This document shows positions 1 through 9,263 of a stretch of DNA of 64,000 bases, one piece after another; positions within the stretch are counted from its first letter, which is position 1; each line of letters starts with the position of its first letter. Source of the DNA: Nitrososphaerota archaeon (GTDB lineage Archaea; Thermoproteota; Nitrososphaeria; Nitrososphaerales; Gagatemarchaeaceae); contig JAFMAI010000003.1 of assembly GCA_029785085.1 (NCBI GenBank), positions 50,570 to 114,569 on the forward strand. Reading direction: 5' to 3'. Made by a program: the position numbers and the translations under genes. The notes beneath the pieces were generated by a model, which worked only from the letters and a program-made list of their open reading frames with translations, did no database searches and was not told where the DNA came from.

Positions 1-641
1 CGAGGCTTGTCCTAGGCGCGGGCAACTTCCTCACCGCTAGCAACTTCGTCACCCCCCTGGCGGGGATGATGTTCGGCCCCTATGTGGGGGGGTTCGCGGC
101 CCTGGTGGGGGACATCATGGACATCTATGCCGGCAGCGTAGCGTTCAACGGCATCGGCATCTCGATTCTTGCGGCCGACCTTGCCACGGTGGCGGTGGCC
201 GGCCTAGCATACAGTGGGAAGAGGAAGGCGGCCCTTGCGGTTCCTCTCATAGTCATCGCGCTGTATTGGGCCGACCCGATATCTGTGCTCTTCATCGGGC
301 CGGTCCCCTTCACGTGGCTGCACGTGGCTTCCCTGTTCCCCCTGGCGGGGGCTCTGTGGCTGGAGGGCTCCGGGAGGATGTCAAAGCTCAACCCGGCGTT
401 CGTGGTGAGCATCACATTCGCAGCCCTTCTCTGCGGACAGCTCACCGGGACCCTGGTCGGCCAGGAGCTTTCGGTGAGAGTGTTCGGGACGCTGTCACTG
501 CAGGCCTGGCGGGGGACGGTCGAGCTCTTCTTCCCCCTTTATCCTCTAGAACGCACGTTCTTCACCGCTGTGGGGTCGGCCATATCTCTCCCGGTCCTCC
601 GCGCGGTCTCGCGGAGACGCAGCCAGAGCCCGCCAGCCTGA
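1..641 (+). CDS. multi-pass membrane protein, 5' end outside the window
   Basis: Frame of ORF 66..641 stays open back to base 3. Gly/Ala/Leu-rich hydrophobic segments. No catalytic motif recognised. Confidence 0.5.
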   Translation, partial: RLVLGAGNFLTASNFVTPLAGMMFGPYVGGFAALVGDIMDIYAGSVAFNGIGISILAADLATVAVAGLAYSGKRKAALAVPLIVIALYWADPISVLFIGPVPFTWLHVASLFPLAGALWLEGSGRMSKLNPAFVVSITFAALLCGQLTGTLVGQELSVRVFGTLSLQAWRGTVELFFPLYPLERTFFTAVGSAISLPVLRAVSRRRSQSPPA

Positions 642-698
642 GGTTCGGCGGCTTCTTCGGGAGCACCCTTTAATGGTCTGACAGGAAGGCGGAGACTC

Positions 699-1904
699 AT
701 GGCTGGCGAAGACGTCTCCCTCGCGGAGGCGGCCGAGCGCTTCCGGGGGCTGCTGCAGGAGCAGATCGAGAGAGCCAAGAGGATCAGCAGGCCCGTCGAG
801 TGGCTGGACTACTCGAAGCTAGACAGAGTAGTGATCGGGGTCATCGGAGGAGACGGCATCGGCCCCGTCATAGCGAAGGAGGCGACGAAGGTGATGGAGA
901 CACTCCTCCAAGACGAGCTCAAGGCCGGCAGGGTGGAGATCAGGGAGATAGGCGGGCTCACCATCGAGAACCGGGTCAAGCAACTGAAGTCGCTCCCCGA
1001 GGAGGTCCTTGCGGAGATCCGGAAGTGTCACGTCCTCCTGAAGGGGCCGACGACCACCCCAGAAGCAGGGAGCGGGATGCCGAACATCGAGAGCGCGAAC
1101 ATCGCGATCAGGACGGCGTTCGACCTTTTCGCCAACGTGCGGCCCGTGAAGATGCCGTCCGAGGGGATCGACTGGGTATTCTTCAGAGAGAACACCGAGG
1201 GGGAGTATGTCCTCGGCAGCAAGGGGTTCATGGCCACCCCTGACCTGGCCGTAGACTTCAAGGTAATCACCCGGCCGGGGGCGGAGAGGATAATCCGGCT
1301 CGCCTTCGAGCACGCTAGGAGAACGGGGAGGAAGCGGGTGACGGTCGTGACGAAGGCCAACGTGATCAAGGCCACCGACGGGCTGTTTCTGGACGCGGCG
1401 AAGCGCGTGGCAGGGGGCTTCCCGGAGATCAAGTGGGACAGCTGGTACATCGATGTGTTCACCGCGAAGCTCATAGACGAGAAGAGGAGGCGCGACTTCG
1501 AGGTGGTCGTCCTCCCGAACCTCTACGGGGACATCGTGACCGACGAGGCCGCAGAGCTGCAGGGCGGGGTCGGAACCGCGGGGAGTGCCAACATCGGGGC
1601 GAGGTTCGGCATGTTTGAGGCGATCCATGGGTCGGCGCCGAGGATGGTCACCGAGGGGAGAGAGAGCTACGCGGACCCGCTCAGCCTCATGAGGGCGGCG
1701 GTCATGCTCCTCGAACACATCGGGATGCTGGAGAAGAGCAGAAGGCTCGCGATGGCCCTCGACCTCTGCTCGTTATACGAACAGAAGGTGAAGATCACAG
1801 GGAGGTCCGACGGAGCGACAGCCGCACAGTTCGGGAGCTACGTGACCTCGGCGCTCTCCGATCCGCACCTCGACGGGAAGTGGGCATCCCATCAGAGAGG
1901 GTGA
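699..1904 (+). CDS. isocitrate/isopropylmalate/homoisocitrate dehydrogenase family protein
   Basis: 401 aa. Carries LKGPTTTP and NLYGDIVTDEAAELQGGVGTAGSANIG, the signature of beta-decarboxylating dehydrogenases. Confidence 0.85.
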   Translation: MAGEDVSLAEAAERFRGLLQEQIERAKRISRPVEWLDYSKLDRVVIGVIGGDGIGPVIAKEATKVMETLLQDELKAGRVEIREIGGLTIENRVKQLKSLPEEVLAEIRKCHVLLKGPTTTPEAGSGMPNIESANIAIRTAFDLFANVRPVKMPSEGIDWVFFRENTEGEYVLGSKGFMATPDLAVDFKVITRPGAERIIRLAFEHARRTGRKRVTVVTKANVIKATDGLFLDAAKRVAGGFPEIKWDSWYIDVFTAKLIDEKRRRDFEVVVLPNLYGDIVTDEAAELQGGVGTAGSANIGARFGMFEAIHGSAPRMVTEGRESYADPLSLMRAAVMLLEHIGMLEKSRRLAMALDLCSLYEQKVKITGRSDGATAAQFGSYVTSALSDPHLDGKWASHQRG

Positions 1905-1911
1905 GGCCCCG

Positions 1912-2184
1912 TCAGCCGTGGATGCGGAAGTCGCGGTGGTTTCTCGGAGAGGCCGCCTTTACGTCGACCCGGTCAACCCTGGCCCGGGGCGGGCCTAGCT
2001 TGGCCCAGTCTATGACCCTCTGAACCATCATATCATCCCCCTCCAAGAAAGCTTCCACGGAACCGTCCGGGAGGTTGCGGACCCAGCCGTGGACGCCTGC
2101 ATCCGCCGCCAGCCTGACCATGCTCGCCCGGAAGGAGACGCCGTGGACGAGTCCCACTATCCTGACGCGGACCGCTCTGGTCAT
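1912..2184 (-). CDS. acyP: acylphosphatase
   Basis: Internal ATG at 2184 of ORF 1912..2361 gives about 90 aa: VRVRIVGLVHGVSFRASM...GWVRNLPDGSVEAFLEG, typical acylphosphatase. The upstream part of the ORF is Arg-rich and overlaps the neighbouring gene region. Confidence 0.8.
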   Translation of the reverse strand: MTRAVRVRIVGLVHGVSFRASMVRLAADAGVHGWVRNLPDGSVEAFLEGDDMMVQRVIDWAKLGPPRARVDRVDVKAASPRNHRDFRIHG

Positions 2185-2192
2185 GGCCGCCA

Positions 2193-2810
2193 CTATAGCA
2201 CGGGGAACAGTCCCTTCAGCCCTTCGGCTACGAATGCGACTGCCAGGGCCGCGATCAGCAGGGCGGTTATTCTGGAGAGGGCGACGGTCCCGTTCTGTCC
2301 CATGAACCTGCTCACCCAGTCGGAGCTGGAGAGGACGAAGTAGGCCACGGCTGCGTTGCACCCCACCACGAGCAGGGCCAGGAGCGGGCTGTAGGGAGGG
2401 GCAGATATGATGATCACCGTGGAGATCGCACCAGGTCCGGCCAGGAGGGGGGTGGCGAGCGGGAAGGCGGCGATGTCAGATGGGGCCAGCCCTCTCTGCC
2501 GGTCCTGCTCCCCCCTGAGGTGGTCGACGGCGACGATGAACAGTATGATCCCCCCTGCGACCCGGAAGTCGTTGATGTTGATGCCGAAGATTTCGAAGAT
2601 CAGCCATCCGAAGAGCGCGAAGAGTACGAGTATGACAGTCGAGATGACGACCGCCTGCTTCACTATCTTCTTTCTGGATCCCCCGGACCCCTCGGTGAGC
2701 CCGATGAATATGGGGACCGTCCCCACGGCGTCGATTACAGCGAACAGAAGCACGAAGGCCTCCACGAAGAGCCCGACGTCGAAGGCGAAGAAGGAAGCGA
2801 AAGCCGGCAT
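2193..2810 (-). CDS. MarC family (UPF0056) integral membrane protein
   Basis: 205 aa, six hydrophobic segments, MarC-like layout with TPLLAGPGAISTVII. Confidence 0.7.
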   Translation of the reverse strand: MPAFASFFAFDVGLFVEAFVLLFAVIDAVGTVPIFIGLTEGSGGSRKKIVKQAVVISTVILVLFALFGWLIFEIFGININDFRVAGGIILFIVAVDHLRGEQDRQRGLAPSDIAAFPLATPLLAGPGAISTVIIISAPPYSPLLALLVVGCNAAVAYFVLSSSDWVSRFMGQNGTVALSRITALLIAALAVAFVAEGLKGLFPVL

Positions 2811-2866
2811 CGCTACATGGCCTTCGCCGCCAAACGGATAAATAATCAGTTGAGCACAATGAGCCG

Positions 2867-3178
2867 TTGTCCCAGGTAGATCAATCGGCCATCGACGCGG
2901 CCATGGCCAAGATCATGGACCCCGAGCTCGGGAGGCCCATCACCGACCTCAAGCTCATTGACAAGCTGGCGGTCAGCGGCGGTTCCGTGGACCTCGAATT
3001 CCACCTGACGGCGCCTTTCTGCCCCCCCATGTTCGCGCTGAAGATTGCCAGCGACATCAAGGCAGGATTGATGTCAGTACCTGGGGTCACCGAGGCCAGG
3101 GTCACCCTGCGCGGCCACTATCTGGCTGAAGCGGTCAACAAGCAGGTGAACAAGGCCGCCCCCGCCCCGGCGCAGTAG
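2867..3178 (+). CDS. DUF59/MIP18-family Fe-S cluster assembly-related protein
   Basis: 103 aa with IMDPELGRPITDLKLI...LTAPFCPP, typical of DUF59. TTG start 22 nt after the TATA-like ggataaataat. Confidence 0.7.
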   Translation: MSQVDQSAIDAAMAKIMDPELGRPITDLKLIDKLAVSGGSVDLEFHLTAPFCPPMFALKIASDIKAGLMSVPGVTEARVTLRGHYLAEAVNKQVNKAAPAPAQ

Positions 3179-3230
3179 AGCCGCGGGCTCTCCGAATGAC
3201 GTATAGAGAGCGGGTACCAGCCATAGAGAC

Positions 3231-4220
3231 GTGCCTGCGAGGAAGGCGATAGAGATGGGGAGGGGGACGATCCTGGTTTCGCTCCCCAAAGACTGGATCA
3301 GGAAGAACGGGATCAGAAAGGGGGCGGACCTTTCGGTGGAGGAGCTCTCTCCGCGCAAGCTGATCGTAAGGCCCTACGAGGGTGCTGAAGAGGAGCAGAG
3401 GCAGTTGGTCATCGAGCACACGGGGAAGGACTTCGCCCAGGTGGTCAACGACGTCACCGGGGCGTACCTCCTGGGCTACGACCTGATTAAGGTCGTAGGC
3501 ACGAAGACGATCACCAGGGAGGAGAGGCAGGTCATCAGGGACACCATGCGGAGGCTCGTCGGCCTGGAGGTGCTCGACGAGGACTCCAGGCGGATCACCC
3601 TGCAGTTCCTCCTCGAGCCGACCGCCATCACCCCTGAGAACATCGTCAGGAGGATGTCTGGGCTCCTAGACGGGATGCTCAAGGACACCGCAGACGCCCT
3701 CTCAAAGGGCGACTCCAAGCTGCTCACCCTCGTGAGCGAGCGGGACGACGAGGTGGACAGGCTCTACTTCCTCCTCGTCAGAGCAACGAGGGCGGCCATC
3801 GTCAGGGCAGAGGTCGCAGAGCGATACGGCCTCTCCCCGGTCGACCTCCTCGACTACAGGGTCCTGGCGACCTTTCTCGAGAGCGCAGGGGACGCGGTCA
3901 GCGAGCTCTCGGCGAAGTTCCATGAAAGCCGAGTCCCGAAGCATCTCGCCAGAGAGTACTCGAGGTGCGTCGCCAAGCTGAAGGTGATGAACGACCTGGC
4001 CACCCAGGGGTTCCTGTCGAGACGGGCCGGGAGGCCTAGGACAGTCAACAGCCGGATGGATGCTATGGCGAAGGACGTCACGTCCAGCCTCGCCTCGATA
4101 GCGAAGGCAGCCGCCGGGGATAGCGCCAGCACGGCCGAAATCTTGGCTTCGCTGGAGCGGGTGAGCAAGCTGCTGGTGGACGTCTCGGACCTGGCTGTGA
4201 TCACCCGGCAGGTGACCTAG
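3231..4220 (+). CDS. AbrB/SpoVT-domain plus PhoU-repeat regulator (archaeal PhoU-like)
   Basis: N-terminus GRGTILVSLPKDWIRKNGIRKG is an AbrB/SpoVT swapped hairpin. It is followed by two helical PhoU-like repeats (ERDDEVDRLYFLL...). Confidence 0.75.
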   Translation: MPARKAIEMGRGTILVSLPKDWIRKNGIRKGADLSVEELSPRKLIVRPYEGAEEEQRQLVIEHTGKDFAQVVNDVTGAYLLGYDLIKVVGTKTITREERQVIRDTMRRLVGLEVLDEDSRRITLQFLLEPTAITPENIVRRMSGLLDGMLKDTADALSKGDSKLLTLVSERDDEVDRLYFLLVRATRAAIVRAEVAERYGLSPVDLLDYRVLATFLESAGDAVSELSAKFHESRVPKHLAREYSRCVAKLKVMNDLATQGFLSRRAGRPRTVNSRMDAMAKDVTSSLASIAKAAAGDSASTAEILASLERVSKLLVDVSDLAVITRQVT

Positions 4221-4268
4221 GTCAAGAGCCTCGCAACCCTTAATTAACGTGAACTGTAAAGTTGTAAC

Positions 4269-5897
4269 TTGCCCAAGTACCTGTTTGTCACCGGCGGGGT
4301 CATGTCGGGGCTAGGCAAAGGCATCATCACGTCTTCTGTCGCCAAGCTGCTCCAGTTGTCCGGGGTCAGGGCCACCTGCCTGAAAATCGACCCCTACCTC
4401 AACTTCGACGCCGGCACCATGAACCCCTATACCCACGGCGAAGTCTTCGTCACCGACGACGGCGGAGAGACCGACATGGACATAGGAAACTACGAACGGT
4501 TCCTGAACAGAGACATGTCGAGGGCCAACAACATAACTACGGGCCAGATCTACAAGAAAGTAATCGACGACGAGCGGAGGGGGCTGTTCCTGGGCAAGTC
4601 CGTGCAGATCATCCCGCACGTCACGGATGAGATCAAGAGGAGGATAAGGGACCTGGCGGAGAAGGAGAAGGTCGACGTCCTGGTGGTGGAGTGCGGGGGG
4701 ACGGTCGGGGACATAGAGAGCCTCCCCTTCCTTGAGGCGTTCAGGCAGATGAGGATGGAAGACGGCCCCTCGAAGACCCTCTTCCTCCACGTCAGCCTCG
4801 CGCCGGAGCTGTCTGTGGTGGGGGAGATGAAGACGAAGCCCACGCAGCATAGCGTCCAGGAGATGAGGAGGATAGGGGTCCAGCCCGACGTCATGGTGAT
4901 ACGCGGGTCCCGTCCGCTCCCCCCAGACGCCAAGGAGAAGATAGCGCTGTTCACCAGCGTTCCGATAGAGAGCGTGGTCTCAGACCCAGACGTCGAGTCG
5001 ATCTATCTGGTCCCCAGGCTCCTGGAAGGCGAAGGCGTCCTGGCACCGATCAGGAGGCAGCTCGGGCTGAAGGCAAGGGGCTCGATGCGCGCCTGGAACA
5101 CGGTCGCCGACAGGTTCGTCGGCCACGGGTCGACGGTCAGGATCGCCATGGTGGGGAAGTACGCCAACCTGGCTGACAGCTATGTCAGCGTGAATCAGGC
5201 GCTCGCCCATGCTGGCGCGGTCAAGGGGGCAGACGTCAGCATATCCTGGATAGACTCCGAGACGATCGAGAAGGACGAGTCGCAGCTCCGCCAGATAGAC
5301 GCCTACGACGGGGTCGTCCTCCCTCAGGGGTTCGGAGGGAGGGGGATAGAGGGGAAGATCGCCGCGGCCAACGTGGCGAGGGTGGACAAGGTACCGTTCC
5401 TAGGACTGTGCTACGGCTTCCAGCTGGCGAGCGTTTCCTTCGCCCGGAACGTCCTGGGGCTGAAGGGGGCCAACAGCACAGAGGTCGACCCGAAGACGCC
5501 GCACCCGGTGATCGACCTTCTCCCGGAGCAGCGAGACGTAGCCGACCTTGGCGGGACCATGAGGCTCGGGGGCCATGATGTCTTCATCGAAAGGCCCAGC
5601 AGGGCGTTTGACATTTATGGGGAGGAGAAGATCAGGGAGAGGCACAGGCACAGGTACGAGCTTAACCAGACGTACCTCAAGCGGTTCGAAGAGAAGGGGA
5701 TGAGGTTCACCGCGTTCAGCGACGGCAGAAGGAGGGCAGAGGTGATGGAGCTCGAAGGGCACCCATTCTACATGGGGACGCAATACCACCCGGAGTACGT
5801 CAGCAGGCCCGAAAGGCCTGAGCCTATCTACGTCGCCTTCGTTGAGGCCTGCGTCAAGCGGGCCCGAAGGTCCAGGGCGCCCGAAAGGCGCCGATAG
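4269..5897 (+). CDS. pyrG: CTP synthase
   Basis: 542 aa. KYLFVTGGVMSGLGKGI at the N-terminus and a glutamine amidotransferase domain with GLCYGFQ. TTG start. Confidence 0.95.
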   Translation: MPKYLFVTGGVMSGLGKGIITSSVAKLLQLSGVRATCLKIDPYLNFDAGTMNPYTHGEVFVTDDGGETDMDIGNYERFLNRDMSRANNITTGQIYKKVIDDERRGLFLGKSVQIIPHVTDEIKRRIRDLAEKEKVDVLVVECGGTVGDIESLPFLEAFRQMRMEDGPSKTLFLHVSLAPELSVVGEMKTKPTQHSVQEMRRIGVQPDVMVIRGSRPLPPDAKEKIALFTSVPIESVVSDPDVESIYLVPRLLEGEGVLAPIRRQLGLKARGSMRAWNTVADRFVGHGSTVRIAMVGKYANLADSYVSVNQALAHAGAVKGADVSISWIDSETIEKDESQLRQIDAYDGVVLPQGFGGRGIEGKIAAANVARVDKVPFLGLCYGFQLASVSFARNVLGLKGANSTEVDPKTPHPVIDLLPEQRDVADLGGTMRLGGHDVFIERPSRAFDIYGEEKIRERHRHRYELNQTYLKRFEEKGMRFTAFSDGRRRAEVMELEGHPFYMGTQYHPEYVSRPERPEPIYVAFVEACVKRARRSRAPERRR

Positions 5898-6845
5898 CTA
5901 GCTCGCCGAGTAGGACGCAGCCAGCCTCAAAGCCAGGGAGGCGACCTCGCGCGCGCCCGAAGCGAAGAGATACAGGTTGGGCTCTATGCCGTTCCCGCCT
6001 TCGTCAACCACGGCGTCGAATGCATCAGGCGAGCTCTCCAGCCTCCTCCGGAGGGCTTCGACCGTCGGGTCGTCCGTCGAGGCGCGCGACCGGCCGCCGA
6101 CCGAGAGGACGCGCAGGCCAAACCGCTTCAGCACCGACGCGACCTTGTCGTCGTACCGCAGGTTGATGCAGGCCTTGAACTCTGGACGGACCGCCCGGGC
6201 GAGGAGCAGGACCCTGGCCATGTGTGCCGACGCCCCGGCCTCGGGCGGGAGCATCGCCTTCGCCCTGCCCCGGACCTTCACGATCCGTCCGGGTATGGCC
6301 ACCACGTCAGACGGGCTCGTCGCCTCTCCGGCCGCGAGGGCCAGATTGACAGACACCTCAGGCATCACGCTGACGAAACTGGCCGCCGACTCCAGCAGTC
6401 GGACGGCCTCTGAGACGTCTGCCACGGCCCGGGCCTTGGCGCCGGCCTGGCCCCCATAGGCCCTGACGCATACGTCACAGTCGGCGAGGCCCGGATACAG
6501 CGTCCTGTGGGCACCGCAGGCGGCGCCGCTCCCGAGGATCCCCGTCCATATGGAGGCGAGGGTCCCGACCCCTTCCGCCGCACCGCTGGAGACAGCCGAA
6601 GCCAGTCGGGCAGAGTAGAGTTCGGCGTCAGCCTTGGAGACTGAGAACCGCGACAGCGCAGAGTCGGCCTTGGCTGACCCTGACGAGAGATACATGCTGA
6701 CAGAGGCTTGGGTCGTGCCGAGGAGCCGCGCGATTCTGCTCTGAGAGAGCCCCTGTGACCGTAACCGGATCGCGACCAGCTGGCGCATGGCTGGGAGGAA
6801 GAACTGGGACATCAGCTCGTCAGGAGGCTGCACGCTATAATTCAC
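5898..6845 (-). CDS. HTH plus ThiN-domain protein (ThiR-like thiamine regulator candidate)
   Basis: N-terminal HTH (GLSQSRIARLLGTTQASVSMYLS). C-terminal ThiN-like segment MPEVSVNLA...AIPGRIVKVRG...GASAHMARVLL. Confidence 0.7.
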   Translation of the reverse strand: MNYSVQPPDELMSQFFLPAMRQLVAIRLRSQGLSQSRIARLLGTTQASVSMYLSSGSAKADSALSRFSVSKADAELYSARLASAVSSGAAEGVGTLASIWTGILGSGAACGAHRTLYPGLADCDVCVRAYGGQAGAKARAVADVSEAVRLLESAASFVSVMPEVSVNLALAAGEATSPSDVVAIPGRIVKVRGRAKAMLPPEAGASAHMARVLLLARAVRPEFKACINLRYDDKVASVLKRFGLRVLSVGGRSRASTDDPTVEALRRRLESSPDAFDAVVDEGGNGIEPNLYLFASGAREVASLALRLAASYSAS

Positions 6846-6885
6846 TTATTAGGTAACTTATAAACGAGTCCCCTGACGGAAGAGT

Positions 6886-7494
6886 GTGGGAGAGACAGGC
6901 CCGCGGCCCGCTGGCGCGCCCGGGGTTCGGCCAAGCATCAAACTGTCCGTGGTGACAGTGTTCTCCGCGCTGATAACCGCGAGCGTCGTGTTCTCAATCC
7001 CGCTGCCGCCCCCGGTCTACGAAATCACCTGGTCCCCCGCGATCATAATGGTGCTGGCGGTGTTGATAGACGTGCCCACAGCAGCCGCGGCCACCGGAAT
7101 AGGCGGTTTCATAGGCGAGGCATACAACGTGGCATTCAAGGGAGGGGGGTCCCCCATCTACCCATTCGGGATGATCTGGGCCCGGGTCCCGGAGGTCATC
7201 ATCATAGCGTGGGCCAGGAACCGTGGGACGAAGACGTTGGTCGCAGCCATGGTGTGCGCGACCGTATTTGAGACGCTTGCGTTCTTCTTCTCCGACTGGT
7301 TCTTCTACGCCTATGGCCTCTTTTCCTACAGCGTCCCTGCAGGGCAGTCGCCGCTCGGGCTCGCCTCGTTCGACTTCGCCACCATGGTGGACCTGGTCTA
7401 CATCCCCGCCGCCCTCGCGATAATCCGGGCAGCCGCCCCCGCCTTCCGCAAGCTGGGGTTCATGCAGTACCACGGCGGAGCCGCCAAGCCTTGA
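6886..7494 (+). CDS. multi-pass membrane protein (possible vitamin/precursor transporter S-component-like)
   Basis: 202 aa, 5-6 hydrophobic segments. Divergent from the ThiR-like gene. Its stop overlaps the next start (TTGA). Confidence 0.45.
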   Translation: MGETGPRPAGAPGVRPSIKLSVVTVFSALITASVVFSIPLPPPVYEITWSPAIIMVLAVLIDVPTAAAATGIGGFIGEAYNVAFKGGGSPIYPFGMIWARVPEVIIIAWARNRGTKTLVAAMVCATVFETLAFFFSDWFFYAYGLFSYSVPAGQSPLGLASFDFATMVDLVYIPAALAIIRAAAPAFRKLGFMQYHGGAAKP

Positions 7495-8534
7495 GCGCCG
7501 CTGGGAAGCTTCCACCGAGCTCGATGGAGGCCGTCTACGGGCACCTCGGCGCGCGGTCGGAGAAGGTCGTCCACGGTCCAGGCAAGGGACTCGACAACGG
7601 CGTGCTGCGCCTGGGCGGTGGTAAGGTCATGATAGTCTCGGCCGACCCGGTTTCGGTCATGCCGGTGGTGGGCATGAGGCGCTCTGCCTGGATGAGCGTG
7701 CACCTCATCGCGTCGGACTTCACCGCCGCGGGGGTGGACCCCGAGTTCGCTGTCTTCACCTATAACTTCCCACCAGATATGAAAGCCGGCGACAGGGTGG
7801 AGTACGTCGGCGCCATCGGGGACGAATGCGCGGAGCTCGGGATCACAATAGCAGCCGGCCACAGCGGGAGCTACCCGGGCGCAGGGTACACGGTGATCGG
7901 TGGGGGGGTGATGTTCGGACTCGCTCCCGATGACGGGTACGTCACCCCCTCCATGGCGCGGGCGGGGGACGTCGTCCTGGTGACCAAGCATGCTGCCATA
8001 GAGGCGGCTGCGTCCTTGGCCTTGTCTTTCCCCGAGTTCACAGAGAGGGCGGTCGGCGGAAAGGAGGCCAGACTGGCCCGGTCCTTGCTCCAGCGGTGCT
8101 CCACGGTGGCCGACGCCAGGGCGGCCCGCAGGGCCGGACTGAAGACTGCTGTCACCTCCATGCACGACGCAACCGAGGGCGGGGTGCTGGGGGGGCTGGA
8201 CGAGATGTCAGCGGCGTCAGGCAAGTCGTTCGTGGTGGACGCGGACAGGATCCCCGTCCCGCGGGAGGCAGCCGACGTCTGCGCTGCATTCGGCGTCGAC
8301 CCTCTCCGCACCATGGGGGAGGGGGCGCTCCTCATCACCTGCAGGCCCGGCCGGGCGAAGAAGCTAGAGGAGACCCTCGGTGGATCGGGGGTCGGCGCGA
8401 CGGCGGTTGGCCGAGTGTCAGCCGGGAAGGGCCTCTGGGTCAGCAGGGGGGACGGTCGGCCGCGGCGATTCGAAGAGGCCCCAGATGCCTACTGGGCGGC
8501 ATATGCCAGGGCTGCGGCCGAGGGGCTACGCTGA
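7491..8534 (+). CDS. AIR synthase-related (PurM-superfamily) protein
   Basis: 347 aa with GKLPPSSMEAVY...LDNGVLRL...VSADPV and a C-terminal PurM-like domain. The exact family (ThiL, HypE or SelD-like) cannot be resolved by eye. Confidence 0.6.
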   Translation: MSAAGKLPPSSMEAVYGHLGARSEKVVHGPGKGLDNGVLRLGGGKVMIVSADPVSVMPVVGMRRSAWMSVHLIASDFTAAGVDPEFAVFTYNFPPDMKAGDRVEYVGAIGDECAELGITIAAGHSGSYPGAGYTVIGGGVMFGLAPDDGYVTPSMARAGDVVLVTKHAAIEAAASLALSFPEFTERAVGGKEARLARSLLQRCSTVADARAARRAGLKTAVTSMHDATEGGVLGGLDEMSAASGKSFVVDADRIPVPREAADVCAAFGVDPLRTMGEGALLITCRPGRAKKLEETLGGSGVGATAVGRVSAGKGLWVSRGDGRPRRFEEAPDAYWAAYARAAAEGLR

Positions 8535-8576
8535 ACCGAGAAAGCTCAATTACGATGCCCCGCCGAGGGGCGAACC

Positions 8577-9263
8577 ATGGACAAGAGGCCCCCAGACCCG
8601 GAAGCGTTTGCGAAGAGGATACATGACACGTTGGTGGCACCCGAAGCCACGCTTTCTGACCTGAAGGCGTTCTGCGCCGCGGCGAGGGAGTACAGGTTCG
8701 GTGCCGTGGTGGTCCAGGGGTGCTGGGTGAAGCAGGCCAAGCAGTTCGTCGGGGACGACGTGAAGGTCTCTGCAGGGGTGGGATTCCCCATGGGAGGGGT
8801 GACCACCAGCGCGAAGGTGGCGGAGATCAGGGAGACCGCCGGGCTCGGCGCGGACATGTTCGACGTGATGCCCAACATAGGCTTCCTCAGGTCAGGGATG
8901 GATGAGGAGTTCAGGGACGAAGTGGCAGCGATGGTGGAAGAAGCCCGAGGCAGGCCCGTGAGGGTGATGCTGGAGTTCACGGTGCTCGACCGGGAGCAGA
9001 AGGTCAGGGCGGCGAAGCTGAGCGAGCAGGCCGGGGTGGCAGGGGTGAAGAACTCGAGCGGTTGGGGGAGGGGTGGACCTGCGACGGTGGAGGACATCAG
9101 GCTCCTCAGGGAGTCGGTCAGCCCGAAGGTGCACGTGAAGGCGTCCGGCGGGATTCGGGACCTCGACAACGCCCTCAGCCTGGTGGACGCCGGGGCCGAC
9201 TACCTGGGGACGAGGGCCGGAGTGGCGATCATCGACGAGCTGAGGGAGCGGCTCGCCCGGTGA
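8577..9263 (+). CDS. deoC: deoxyribose-phosphate aldolase family protein
   Basis: 228 aa with GFPMGG, VMLEF..., VKNSSGW and VKASGGIRDL motifs of the DeoC TIM barrel. Confidence 0.8.
   Translation: MDKRPPDPEAFAKRIHDTLVAPEATLSDLKAFCAAAREYRFGAVVVQGCWVKQAKQFVGDDVKVSAGVGFPMGGVTTSAKVAEIRETAGLGADMFDVMPNIGFLRSGMDEEFRDEVAAMVEEARGRPVRVMLEFTVLDREQKVRAAKLSEQAGVAGVKNSSGWGRGGPATVEDIRLLRESVSPKVHVKASGGIRDLDNALSLVDAGADYLGTRAGVAIIDELRERLAR

Noticed and set aside
819-1718. Long antisense ORF (299 aa) inside the dehydrogenase gene, together with similar overlapping ORFs at 800..1243 and 1028..1474.
   Set aside because: The composition is Arg/Pro/Gly/His-rich, as expected for off-frame translation of high-GC coding DNA. 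It fully overlaps a gene with strong family motifs.
9062-9259. N-terminal extensions that the ORF track proposes for rbsK. The same occurs for ilvE (30435..30953), tkt-C (60930..61238), the glycosyltransferase (47763..47924), hemL (56945..57157), acyP (2185..2361), ogg, sod and trx.
   Set aside because: The extensions are low-complexity Arg/Gly-rich and overlap neighbouring genes. Internal starts give N-termini typical of each family, often with a TATA-like box or a 4-nt overlap supporting them.
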